Part shown: positions 35,285-50,800 of the stretch, one piece after another
How the letters are laid out: every line of letters begins with the position of its first letter
How positions within the stretch are numbered: position 1 is the stretch's first letter
Assembly (NCBI GenBank): GCA_964016885.1
Contig: OZ024742.1
Location: 292,578,001-292,642,000, forward strand
Source: Eledone cirrhosa
Taxonomy: Eukaryota
Direction of reading: 5' to 3'
Length of the DNA: 64,000 nucleotides
The notes under the pieces: model-generated
What the model saw: the letters and a program-made list of their open reading frames with translations, nothing else
The model's database searches: none
Told to the model about the DNA's origin: nothing
Position numbers and translations under genes: made by a program

Positions 35285-35325
35285 ATTTTCTGATGAAGGA
35301 CTAGTGTCCGAAACATTAAGACTCT
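35285..35325 (+). ncRNA. Minimal hammerhead-ribozyme-like motif (Penelope-like element terminus?)
   Basis: CTGATGA-A-GGAC-TAGT-GTCC-GAAAC-ATTA: both conserved core boxes with a perfect 4-bp stem II; stems I and III are weak. Confidence 0.5.
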
Positions 35326-35848
35326 TTTCCTACTATATACAGTGTAAAACTAATAATATATTTCTTCATTGTACTTATTATTACTATACATATATATACA
35401 TGTGTATAAGAATGTCTATGTATGAGCGTGTGTGTGTCTGTGTTTCCATATCTATGCTTATGTTTGTGCCTGTATTTTTGTTTATGGATCATAATTTCAT
35501 AATTTAGCAGTTCAACAAAGGGAGATTGATGAAGTAGGTACCAGACGGGAAAGATAGGTAAAAAAATATATAGTGGGACCAATATGATTGACTAATTGAC
35601 AAAAATCCCTTGAAGACAGTGCCCCAGTATGGTCACAGTCAAAGATTGAAACCAGTAAAAAAATAAATAAATAAAGGAACATGATGATGATGGCTTGAAA
35701 CACAAATATTAATTGATGCAAAAAATGCAAAAAGATTACTGAACTGTTAAATATGATAAATAATATAGAATATAAATATATATGATTGAAAAAAACTTAG
35801 ATTAATACAGGGTTTGGTGTTTATGTAATAGCCTGTAGTAGTAGATTA

Positions 35849-38800
35849 TTAATAGATATATCTAGTCATAAACACAACTATATTACTGAGTCAAGGTGAT
35901 ACCTTAATAGATATATCTAGTCATAAACACAACTATATTACTGAGTCAAGGTGATAGCTTAATAGATATATCTGGTCATAAACACAACTATACTTAGTCA
36001 AGGTGATAGCTTAATAGATATATCTGGTCATAAACACAACTATACTGAGTCAAGGTGATAGCTTAATAGATATATCTAGTCATAAACACAACTATATTAC
36101 TGAGTCAAGGTGATAGCTTAATAGATATATCTGGTCATAAACACAACTATACTTAGTCAAGGTGATAGCTTAATAGATATATCTGGTCATAAACACAACT
36201 ATACTGAGTCAAGGTGATAGCTTAATAGATATATCTAGTCATAAACACAACTATATTACTGAGTCAAGGTGATAGCTTAATAGATATATCTAGTCATAAA
36301 CACAACTATATTACTGAGTCAAGGTGATAGCTTAATAGATATATCTAGTCATAAACACAACTATACTGAGTCAAGGTGATAGCTTATTAGATATATCTGG
36401 TCATAAACACAACTATACCGAGTTAAGGTGATAGCTTAATAGATATATCTGGTCATAAACACAACTATACTGAGTCAAGGTGATAGATTAATAGATATAT
36501 CTAGTCATAAACACAACTATACTGAGTCAAGGTGATAGCTTAATAGATATATCTAGTCATAAACACAACTATATAACTGAGTCAAGGTGATAGCTTAATA
36601 GATATATCTAGTCATAAACACAACTATATTACTGAGTCAAGGTGATAGCTTAATAGATATATCTGGTCATAAACACAACTATACTGTGTCAAGGTGATAG
36701 CTTAATAGATATATCTAGTCATAAACACAACTATATTACTGAGTCAAGGTGATAGCTTAATAGATATATCTAGTCATAAACACAACTATATTACTGAGTC
36801 AAGGTGATAGCTTAATAGATATATCTAGTCATAAACACAACTATACTGAGTCAAGGTGATAGCTTAATAGATATATCTGGTCATAAACACAACTATACTG
36901 AGACAAGGTGATAGCTTAATAGATATATCTAGTCATAAACACAACTATATTACTGAGTCAAGGTGATAGCTTAATAGATATATCTAGTCATAAACACAAC
37001 TATACTGAGTCAAGGTGATAGCTTATTAGATATATCTGGTCATAAACACAACTATACCGAGTTAAGGTGATAGCTTAATAGATATATCTGGTCATAAACA
37101 CAACTATACTGAGTCAAGGTGATAGATTAATAGATATATCTAGTCATAAACACAACTATACTGAGTCAAGGTGATAGCTTAATAGATATATCTAGTCATA
37201 AACACAACTATATAACTGAGTCAAGGTGATAGCTTAATAGATATATCTAGTCATAAACACAACTATATTACTGAGTCAAGGTGATAGCTTAATAGATATA
37301 TCTGGTCATAAACACAACTATACTGTGTCAAGGTGATAGCTTAATAGATATATCTAGTCATAAACACAACTATATTACTGAGTCAAGGTGATAGCTTAAT
37401 AGATATATCTAGTCATAAACACAACTATACTGAGTCAAGGTGATAGCTTAATAGATATATCTGGTCATAAACACAACTATACCAAGTTAAGGTGATAGCT
37501 TAATAGATATATCTGGTCATAAACACAACTATACTGAGTCAAGGTGATAGCTTAATAGATATATCTAGTCATAAACACAACTATACTGAGTCAAGGTGAT
37601 AGCTTAATAGATATATCTAGTCATAAACACAACTATGTAATTGAGTCAAGGTGATAGCTTAATAGATATATCTAGTCATAAACACAACTATATTACTGAG
37701 TCAAGGTGATAGCTTAATAGATATATCTGGTCATAAACACAACTATACTGTGTCAAGGTGATAGCTTAATAGATATATCTAGTCATAAACACAACTATAT
37801 TACTGAGTCAAAGTGATAGCTTAATAGATATATCTAGTCATAAACACAACTATATTACTGAGTCAAGGTGATAGCTTAATAGATATATCTAGTCATAAAC
37901 ACAACTATACTGAGTCAAGTTGATAGCTTAATAGATATATCTGGTCATAAACACAACTATACTGAGTCAAGGTGATAGCTTAATAGATATATCTAGTCAT
38001 AAACACAACTATATTACTGAGTCAAGGTGATAGCTTAATAGATATATCTAGTCATAAACACAACTATATTACTGAGTCAAGGTGATAGCTTAATAGATAT
38101 ATCTGGTCATAAACACAACTATACCGAGTTAAGGTGATAGATTAATAGATATATCTGGTCATAAACACAACTATACTGAGTCAAGGTGATAGCTTAATAG
38201 ATATATCTAGTCATAAACACAACTATATTACTGAGTCAAGGTGATAGCTTAATAGATATATCTAGTCATAAACACAACTATATTACTGAGTCAAGGTGAT
38301 AGCTTAATAGATATATCTAGTCATAAACACGACTATATTACTGAGTCAAGGTGATAGCTTAATAGATATATCTGGTCATAAACACAACTATACCGAGTTA
38401 AGGTGATAGCTTAATAGATATATCTGGTCATAAACACAACTATACTGAGTCAAGGTGATAGCTTAATAGATATATCTAGTCATAAACACAACTATTCTGA
38501 GTCAAGGTGATAGCTTAATAGATATATCTAGTCATAAACACAACTATATAACTGAGTCAAGCTGATAGCTTAATAGATATATGTAGTCATAAACACAACT
38601 TTATTACTGAGTCAAGGTGATAGCTTAATAGATATATCTAGTCATAAACACAACTATACTGTGTCAAGGTGATAGCTTAATAGATATATCTAGTCATAAA
38701 CACAACTATATTACTGAGTCAAGGTGATAGCTTAATAGATATATCTAGTCATAAACACAACTTTATTACTGAGTCAAGGTGATAGCTTAATAGATATATC

Positions 38801-41800
38801 TAGTCATAAACACAACTATACTGAGTCAAGGTGATAGCTTAATAGATATATCTGGTCATAAACACAACTATACTGAGTCAAGGTGGTAGCTTAATAGATA
38901 TATCTAGTCATAAACACAACTATATTACTGAGTCAAGGTGATAGCTTAATAGATATATCTAGTCATAAACACAACTATATTACTGAGTCAAGGTGATAGC
39001 TTAATAGACATATCTAGTCATAAACACAACTATATTACTGATTCAAGGTGATAGCTTAATAGATATATCTAGTCATAAACACAACTATATTACTGAGTCA
39101 AGGTGATAGCTTAATAGATATATCTGGTCATAAACACAACTCTACTGAGTCAAGGTGATAGCTTAATAGATATATCTAGTCGTAAACACAACTATATAAC
39201 TGAGTCAAGGTGATAGCTTAATAGATATATCTAGTCATAAACACAACTATACTGAGTCAAGATGATAGCTTAATAGATATATCTGGTCATAAACACAACT
39301 ATACTGAGTCAAGGTGATAGCTTAATAGATATATCTGGTCAAAAACACAACTATACTGTGTCAAGGTGATAGCTTAATAGATATATCTAGTCATAAACAC
39401 AACTATATTACTGAGTCAAGATGATGGCTTAATAGATATATCTAGTCATAAACACAACTATATTACTGAGTCAAGGTGTTAGCTTAATAGATATATCTAG
39501 TCATAAACACAACTATACTGAGTCAAGGTGATAGCTTAATAGATATATCTGGTTATAAACACAACTATACTGAGTCAAGGTGATAGCTTAATAGATATAT
39601 CTAGTCATAAACACAACTATATTACTGAGTCAAGGTGATAGCTTAATAGATATATCTAGTCATAAACACAACTATATTACTGAGTCAAGGTGATAGCTTA
39701 ATAGATATATCTAGTCATAAACACAACTATATTACTGAGTCAAGGTGATAGCTTAATAGATATATCTAGTCATAAACACAACTATACTGAGTCAAGGTGA
39801 TAGCTTAATAGATATATCTGGTCATAAACACAACTATACTGAGACAAGGTGATAGCTTAATAGATATATCTAGTCATAAACACAACTATATTACTGAGTC
39901 AAGGTGATAGCTTAATAGATATATCTAGTCATAAACACAACTATACTGAGTCAAGGTGATAGCTTATTAGATATATCTGGTCATAAACACAACTATACCG
40001 AGTTAAGGTGATAGCTTAATAGATATATCTGGTCATAAACACAACTATACTGAGTCAAGGTGATAGATTAATAGATATATCTAGTCATAAACACAACTAT
40101 ACTGAGTCAAGGTGATAGCTTAATAGATATATCTAGTCATAAACACAACTATATAACTGAGTCAAGGTGATAGCTTAATAGATATATCTAGTCATAAACA
40201 CAACTATATTACTGAGTCAAGGTGATAGCTTAATAGATATATCTGGTCATAAACACAACTATACTGTGTCAAGGTGATAGCTTAATAGATATATCTAGTC
40301 ATAAACACAACTATATTACTGAGTCAAGGTGATAGCTTAATAGATATATCTAGTCATAAACACAACTATACTGAGTCAAGGTGATAGCTTAATAGATATA
40401 TCTGGTCATAAACACAACTATACCAAGTTAAGGTGATAGCTTAATAGATATATCTGGTCATAAACACAACTATACTGAGTCAAGGTGATAGCTTAATAGA
40501 TATATCTAGTCATAAACACAACTATACTGAGTCAAGGTGATAGCTTAATAGATATATCTAGTCATAAACACAACTATGTAATTGAGTCAAGGTGATAGCT
40601 TAATAGATATATCTAGTCATAAACACAACTATATTACTGAGTCAAGGTGATAGCTTAATAGATATATCTGGTCATAAACACAACTATACTGTGTCAAGGT
40701 GATAGCTTAATAGATATATCTAGTCATAAACACAACTATATTACTGAGTCAAAGTGATAGCTTAATAGATATATCTAGTCATAAACACAACTATATTACT
40801 GAGTCAAGGTGATAGCTTAATAGATATATCTAGTCATAAACACAACTATACTGAGTCAAGGTGATAGCTTAATAGATATATCTGGTCATAAACACAACTA
40901 TACTGAGTCAAGGTGATAGCTTAATAGATATATCTAGTCATAAACACAACTATATTACTGAGTCAAGGTGATAGCTTAATAGATATATCTAGTCATAAAC
41001 ACAACTATATTACTGAGTCAAGGTGATAGCTTAATAGATATATCTGGTCATAAACACAACTATACCGAGTTAAGGTGATAGATTAATAGATATATCTGGT
41101 CATAAACACAACTATACTGAGTCAAGGTGATAGCTTAATAGATATATCTAGTCATAAACACAACTATATTACTGAGTCAAGGTGATAGCTTAATAGATAT
41201 ATCTAGTCATAAACACAACTATATTACTGAGTCAAGGTGATAGCTTAATAGATATATCTGGTCATAAACACAACTATACCGAGTTAAGGTGATAGCTTAA
41301 TAGATATATCTGGTCATAAACACAACTATACTGAGTCAAGGTGATAGCTTAATAGATATATCTAGTCATAAACACAACTATTCTGAGTCAAGGTGATAGC
41401 TTAATAGATATATCTAGTCATAAACACAACTATATAACTGAGTCAAGCTGATAGCTTAATAGATATATGTAGTCATAAACACAACTTTATTACTGAGTCA
41501 AGGTGATAGCTTAATAGATATATCTAGTCATAAACACAACTATACTGTGTCAAGGTGATAGCTTAATAGATATATCTAGTCATAAACACAACTATATTAC
41601 TGAGTCAAGGTGATAGCTTAATAGATATATCTAGTCATAAACACAACTTTATTACTGAGTCAAGGTGATAGCTTAATAGATATATCTAGTCATAAACACA
41701 ACTATACTGAGTCAAGGTGATAGCTTAATAGATATATCTGGTCATAAACACAACTATACTGAGTCAAGGTGGTAGCTTAATAGATATATCTAGTCATAAA

Positions 41801-44800
41801 CACAACTATATTACTGAGTCAAGGTGATAGCTTAATAGATATATCTAGTCATAAACACAACTATATTACTGAGTCAAGGTGATAGCTTAATAGACATATC
41901 TAGTCATAAACACAACTATATTACTGATTCAAGGTGATAGCTTAATAGATATATCTAGTCATAAACACAACTATATTACTGAGTCAAGGTGATAGCTTAA
42001 TAGATATATCTGGTCATAAACACAACTCTACTGAGTCAAGGTGATAGCTTAATAGATATATCTAGTCGTAAACACAACTATATAACTGAGTCAAGGTGAT
42101 AGCTTAATAGATATATCTAGTCATAAACACAACTATACTGAGTCAAGGTGATAGCTTAATAGATATATCTGGTCATAAACACAACTATACTGAGTCAAGG
42201 TGATAGCTTAATAGATATATCTGGTCAAAAACACAACTATACTGTGTCAAGGTGATAGCTTAATAGATATATCTAGTCATAAACACAACTATATTACTGA
42301 GTCAAGATGATGGCTTAATAGATATATCTAGTCATAAACACAACTATATTACTGAGTCAAGGTGTTAGCTTAATAGATATATCTAGTCATAAACACAACT
42401 ATACTGAGTCAAGGTGATAGCTTAATAGATATATCTGGTTATAAACACAACTATACTGAGTCAAGGTGATAGCTTAATAGATATATCTAGTCATAAACAC
42501 AACTATATTACTGAGTCAAGGTGATAGCTTAATAGATATATCTAGTCATAAACACAACTATATTACTGAGTCAAGGTGATAGCTTAATAGATATATCTAG
42601 TCATAAACACAACTATATTACTGAGTCAAGGTGATAGCTTAATAGATATATCTAGTCATAAACACAACTATACTGAGTCAAGGTGATAGCTTAATAGATA
42701 TATCTGGTCATAAACACAACTATACCGAGTTAAGGTGATAGCTTAATAGATATATCTGGTCATAAACACAACTATACTGAGTCAAGGTGATAGTTTAATA
42801 GATATATCTAGTCATAAACACAACTATACTGAGTCAAGGTGATAGCTTAATAGATATATCTAGTCATAAACACAACTATATAACTGAGTCAAGGTGATAG
42901 CTTAATAGATATATCTAGTCATAAACACAACTATATTACTGAGTCAAGGTGATAGATTAATAGATATATCTGGTCATAAACACAACTATACTGTGTCAAG
43001 GTGATAGCTTAATAGATATATCTAGTCATAAACACAACTATATTACTGAGTCAAGATGATAGCTTAATAGATATATCTAGTCATAAACACAACTATATTA
43101 CAGAGTCAAGGTGATAGCTTAATAGATATATCTAGTCATAAACACAACTATATTACTGAGTCAAGGTGATACCTTAATAGATATATCTAGTCATAAACAC
43201 AACTATATTACTGAGTCAAGGTGATAGCTTAATAGATATATCTGGTCATAAACACAACTATACTTAGTCAAGGTGATAGCTTAATAGATATATCTGGTCA
43301 TAAACACAACTATACTGAGTCAAGGTGATAGCTTAATAGATATATCTAGTCATAAACACAACTATATTACTGAGTCAAGGTGATAGCTTAATAGATATAT
43401 CTAGTCATAATCACAACTATATTACTGAGTCAAGGTGATAGCTTAATAGATATATCTAGTCATAAACACAACTATACTGAGTCAAGGTGGTAGCTTAATA
43501 GATATATCTAGTCATAAACACAACTATATTACTGAGTCAAGGTGATAGCTTAATAGATATATCTAGTCATAAACACAACTATATTACTGAGTCAAGGTGA
43601 TAGCTTAATAGACATATCTAGTCATAAACACAACTATATTACTGATTCAAGGTGATAGCTTAATAGATATATCTAGTCATAAACACAACTATATTACTGA
43701 GTCAAGGTGATAGCTTAATAGATATATCTGGTCATAAACACAACTCTACTGAGTCAAGGTGATAGCTTAATAGATATATCTAGTCGTAAACACAACTATA
43801 TAACTGAGTCAAGGTGATAGCTTAATAGATATATCTAGTCATAAACACAACTATACTGAGTCAAGGTGATAGCTTAATAGATATATCTGGTCATAAACAC
43901 AACTATACTGAGTCAAGGTGATAGCTTAATAGATATATCTGGTCAAAAACACAACTATACTGTGTCAAGGTGATAGCTTAATAGATATATCTAGTCATAA
44001 ACACAACTATATTACTGAGTCAAGATGATGGCTTAATAGATATATCTAGTCATAAACACAACTATATTACTGAGTCAAGGTGTTAGCTTAATAGATATAT
44101 CTAGTCATAAACACAACTATACTGAGTCAAGGTGATAGCTTAATAGATATATCTGGTTATAAACACAACTATACTGAGTCAAGGTGATAGCTTAATAGAT
44201 ATATCTAGTCATAAACACAACTATATTACTGAGTCAAGGTGATAGCTTAATAGATATATCTAGTCATAAACACAACTATATTACTGAGTCAAGGTGATAG
44301 CTTAATAGATATATCTAGTCATAAACACAACTATATTACTGAGTCAAGGTGATAGCTTAATAGATATATCTAGTCATAAACACAACTATACTGAGTCAAG
44401 GTGATAGCTTAATAGATATATCTGGTCATAAACACAACTATACCGAGTTAAGGTGATAGCTTAATAGATATATCTGGTCATAAACACAACTATACTGAGT
44501 CAAGGTGATAGTTTAATAGATATATCTAGTCATAAACACAACTATACTGAGTCAAGGTGATAGCTTAATAGATATATCTAGTCATAAACACAACTATATA
44601 ACTGAGTCAAGGTGATAGCTTAATAGATATATCTAGTCATAAACACAACTATATTACTGAGTCAAGGTGATAGATTAATAGATATATCTGGTCATAAACA
44701 CAACTATACTGTGTCAAGGTGATAGCTTAATAGATATATCTAGTCATAAACACAACTATATTACTGAGTCAAGATGATAGCTTAATAGATATATCTAGTC

Positions 44801-47800
44801 ATAAACACAACTATATTACAGAGTCAAGGTGATAGCTTAATAGATATATCTAGTCATAAACACAACTATATTACTGAGTCAAGGTGATACCTTAATAGAT
44901 ATATCTAGTCATAAACACAACTATATTACTGAGTCAAGGTGATAGCTTAATAGATATATCTGGTCATAAACACAACTATACTTAGTCAAGGTGATAGCTT
45001 AATAGATATATCTGGTCATAAACACAACTATACTGAGTCAAGGTGATAGCTTAATAGATATATCTAGTCATAAACACAACTATATTACTGAGTCAAGGTG
45101 ATAGCTTAATAGATATATCTAGTCATAAACACAACTATATTACTGAGTCAAGGTGATAGCTTAATAGATATATCTAGTCATAAACACAACTATACTGAGT
45201 CAAGGTGGTAGCTTAATAGATATATCTAGTCATAAACACAACTATATTACTGAGTCAAGGTGATAGCTTAATAGATATATCTAGTCATAAACACAACTAT
45301 ATTACTGAGTCAAGGTGATAGCTTAATAGACATATCTAGTCATAAACACAACTATATTACTGATTCAAGGTGATAGCTTAATAGATATATCTAGTCATAA
45401 ACACAACTATATTACTGAGTCAAGGTGATAGCTTAATAGATATATCTGGTCATAAACACAACTCTACTGAGTCAAGGTGATAGCTTAATAGATATATCTA
45501 GTCGTAAACACAACTATATAACTGAGTCAAGGTGATAGCTTAATAGATATATCTAGTCATAAACACAACTATACTGAGTCAAGGTGATAGCTTAATAGAT
45601 ATATCTGGTCATAAACACAACTATACTGAGTCAAGGTGATAGCTTAATAGATATATCTGGTCAAAAACACAACTATACTGTGTCAAGGTGATAGCTTAAT
45701 AGATATATCTAGTCATAAACACAACTATATTACTGAGTCAAGATGATGGCTTAATAGATATATCTAGTCATAAACACAACTATATTACTGAGTCAAGGTG
45801 TTAGCTTAATAGATATATCTAGTCATAAACACAACTATACTGAGTCAAGGTGATAGCTTAATAGATATATCTGGTTATAAACACAACTATACTGAGTCAA
45901 GGTGATAGCTTAATAGATATATCTAGTCATAAACACAACTATATTACTGAGTCAAGGTGATAGCTTAATAGATATATCTAGTCATAAACACAACTATATT
46001 ACTGAGTCAAGGTGATAGCTTAATAGATATATCTAGTCATAAACACAACTATATTACTGAGTCAAGGTGATAGCTTAATAGATATATCTAGTCATAAACA
46101 CAACTATACTGAGTCAAGGTGATAGCTTAATAGATATATCTGGTCATAAACACAACTATACCGAGTTAAGGTGATAGCTTAATAGATATATCTGGTCATA
46201 AACACAACTATACTGAGTCAAGGTGATAGTTTAATAGATATATCTAGTCATAAACACAACTATACTGAGTCAAGGTGATAGCTTAATAGATATATCTAGT
46301 CATAAACACAACTATATAACTGAGTCAAGGTGATAGCTTAATAGATATATCTAGTCATAAACACAACTATATTACTGAGTCAAGGTGATAGATTAATAGA
46401 TATATCTGGTCATAAACACAACTATACTGTGTCAAGGTGATAGCTTAATAGATATATCTAGTCATAAACACAACTATATTACTGAGTCAAGATGATAGCT
46501 TAATAGATATATCTAGTCATAAACACAACTATATTACAGAGTCAAGGTGATAGCTTAATAGATATATCTAGTCATAAACACAACTATATTACTGAGTCAA
46601 GGTGATACCTTAATAGATATATCTAGTCATAAACACAACTATATTACTGAGTCAAGGTGATAGCTTAATAGATATATCTGGTCATAAACACAACTATACT
46701 TAGTCAAGGTGATAGCTTAATAGATATATCTGGTCATAAACACAACTATACTGAGTCAAGGTGATAGCTTAATAGATATATCTAGTCATAAACACAACTA
46801 TATTACTGAGTCAAGGTGATAGCTTAATAGATATATCTAGTCATAAACACAACTATATTACTGAGTCAAGGTGATAGCTTAATAGATATATCTAGTCATA
46901 AACACAACTATACTGAGTCAAGGTGATAGCTTATTAGATATATCTGGTCATAAACACAACTATACCGAGTTAAGGTGATAGCTTAATAGATATATCTGGT
47001 CATAAACACAACTATACTGAGTCAAGGTGATAGATTAATAGATATATCTAGTCATAAACACAACTATACTGAGTCAAGGTGATAGCTTAATAGATATATC
47101 TAGTCATAAACACAACTATATAACTGAGTCAAGGTGATAGCTTAATAGATATATCTAGTCATAAACACAACTATATTACTGAGTCAAGGTGATAGCTTAA
47201 TAGATATATCTGGTCATAAACACAACTATAATGTGTCAAGGTGATAGCTTAATAGATATATCTAGTCATAAACACAACTATATTACTGAGTCAAGGTGAT
47301 AGCTTAATAGATATATCTAGTCATAAACACAACTATATTACTGAGTGAAGGTGATAGCTTAATAGATATATCTAGTCATAAACACAACTATACTGAGTCA
47401 AGGTGATAGCTTAATAGATATATCTGGTCATAAGCACAACTATACTGAGTCAAGGTGATAGCTTAATAGATATATCTAGTCGTAAACACAACTATATAAC
47501 TGAGTCAAGGTGATAGCTTAATAGATATATCTAGTCATAAACACAACTATACTGAGTCAAGGTGATAGCTTAATAGATATATCTGGTCATAAACACAACT
47601 ATACTGAGTCAAGGTGATAGCTTAATAGATATATCTGGTCAAAACACAACTATACTGTGTCAAGGTGATAGCTTAATAGATATATCTAGTCATAAACACA
47701 ACTATATTACTGAGTCAAGATGATAGCTTAATAGATATATCTAGTCATAAACACAACTATATTACTGAGTCAAGGTGTTAGCTTAATAGATATATCTAGT

Positions 47801-50800
47801 CATAAACACAACTATACTGAGTCAAGGTGATAGCTTAATAGATATATCTGGTTATAAACACAACTATACTGAGTCAAGGTGATAGCTTAATAGATATATC
47901 TAGTCATAAACACAACTATATTACTGAGTCAAGGTGATAGCTTAATAGACATATCTAGTCATAAACACAACTATATTACTGATTCAAGGTGATAGCTTAA
48001 TAGATATATCTAGTCATAAACACAACTATATTACTGAGTCAAGGTGATAGCTTAATAGATATATCTGGTCATAAACACAACTCTACTGAGTCAAGGTGAT
48101 AGCTTAATAGATATATCTAGTCGTAAACACAACTATATAACTGAGTCAAGGTGATAGCTTAATAGATATATCTAGTCATAAACACAACTATACTGAGTCA
48201 AGGTGATAGCTTAATAGATATATCTGGTCATAAACACAACTATACTGAGTCAAGGTGATAGCTTAATAGATATATCTGGTCAAAAACACAACTATACTGT
48301 GTCAAGGTGATAGCTTAATAGATATATCTAGTCATAAACACAACTATATTACTGAGTCAAGATGATGGCTTAATAGATATATCTAGTCATAAACACAACT
48401 ATATTACTGAGTCAAGGTGTTAGCTTAATAGATATATCTAGTCATAAACACAACTATACTGAGTCAAGGTGATAGCTTAATAGATATATCTGGTTATAAA
48501 CACAACTATACTGAGTCAAGGTGATAGCTTAATAGATATATCTAGTCATAAACACAACTATATTACTGAGTCAAGGTGATAGCTTAATAGATATATCTAG
48601 TCATAAACACAACTATATTACTGAGTCAAGGTGATAGCTTAATAGATATATCTAGTCATAAACACAACTATATTACTGAGTCAAGGTGATAGCTTAATAG
48701 ATATATCTAGTCATAAACACAACTATACTGAGTCAAGGTGATAGCTTAATAGATATATCTGGTCATAAACACAACTATACCGAGTTAAGGTGATAGCTTA
48801 ATAGATATATCTGGTCATAAACACAACTATACTGAGTCAAGGTGATAGTTTAATAGATATATCTAGTCATAAACACAACTATACTGAGTCAAGGTGATAG
48901 CTTAATAGATATATCTAGTCATAAACACAACTATATAACTGAGTCAAGGTGATAGCTTAATAGATATATCTAGTCATAAACACAACTATATTACTGAGTC
49001 AAGGTGATAGATTAATAGATATATCTGGTCATAAACACAACTATACTGTGTCAAGGTGATAGCTTAATAGATATATCTAGTCATAAACACAACTATATTA
49101 CTGAGTCAAGATGATAGCTTAATAGATATATCTAGTCATAAACACAACTATATTACAGAGTCAAGGTGATAGCTTAATAGATATATCTAGTCATAAACAC
49201 AACTATATTACTGAGTCAAGGTGATACCTTAATAGATATATCTAGTCATAAACACAACTATATTACTGAGTCAAGGTGATAGCTTAATAGATATATCTGG
49301 TCATAAACACAACTATACTTAGTCAAGGTGATAGCTTAATAGATATATCTGGTCATAAACACAACTATACTGAGTCAAGGTGATAGCTTAATAGATATAT
49401 CTAGTCATAAACACAACTATATTACTGAGTCAAGGTGATAGCTTAATAGATATATCTAGTCATAAACACAACTATATTACTGAGTCAAGGTGATAGCTTA
49501 ATAGATATATCTAGTCATAAACACAACTATACTGAGTCAAGGTGGTAGCTTAATAGATATATCTAGTCATAAACACAACTATATTACTGAGTCAAGGTGA
49601 TAGCTTAATAGATATATCTAGTCATAAACACAACTATATTACTGAGTCAAGGTGATAGCTTAATAGACATATCTAGTCATAAACACAACTATATTACTGA
49701 TTCAAGGTGATAGCTTAATAGATATATCTAGTCATAAACACAACTATATTACTGAGTCAAGGTGATAGCTTAATAGATATATCTGGTCATAAACACAACT
49801 CTACTGAGTCAAGGTGATAGCTTAATAGATATATCTAGTCGTAAACACAACTATATAACTGAGTCAAGGTGATAGCTTAATAGATATATCTAGTCATAAA
49901 CACAACTATACTGAGTCAAGGTGATAGCTTAATAGATATATCTGGTCATAAACACAACTATACTGAGTCAAGGTGATAGCTTATTAGATATATCTGGTCA
50001 AAAACACAACTATACTGTGTCAAGGTGATAGCTTAATAGATATATCTAGTCATAAACACAACTATATTACTGAGTCAAGATGATGGCTTAATAGATATAT
50101 CTAGTCATAAACACAACTATATTACTGAGTCAAGGTGTTAGCTTAATAGATATATCTAGTCATAAACACAACTATACTGAGTCAAGGTGATAGCTTAATA
50201 GATATATCTGGTTATAAACACAACTATACTGAGTCAAGGTGATAGCTTAATAGATATATCTAGTCATAAACACAACTATATTACTGAGTCAAGGTGATAG
50301 CTTAATAGATATATCTAGTCATAAACACAACTATATTACTGAGTCAAGGTGATAGCTTAATAGATATATCTAGTCATAAACACAACTATATTACTGAGTC
50401 AAGGTGATAGCTTAATAGATATATCTAGTCATAAACACAACTATACTGAGTCAAGGTGATAGCTTAATAGATATATCTGGTCATAAACACAACTATACCG
50501 AGTTAAGGTGATAGCTTAATAGATATATCTGGTCATAAACACAACTATACTGAGTCAAGGTGATAGTTTAATAGATATATCTAGTCATAAACACAACTAT
50601 ACTGAGTCAAGGTGATAGCTTAATAGATATATCTAGTCATAAACACAACTATATAACTGAGTCAAGGTGATAGCTTAATAGATATATCTAGTCATAAACA
50701 CAACTATATTACTGAGTCAAGGTGATAGATTAATAGATATATCTGGTCATAAACACAACTATACTGTGTCAAGGTGATAGCTTAATAGATATATCTAGTC

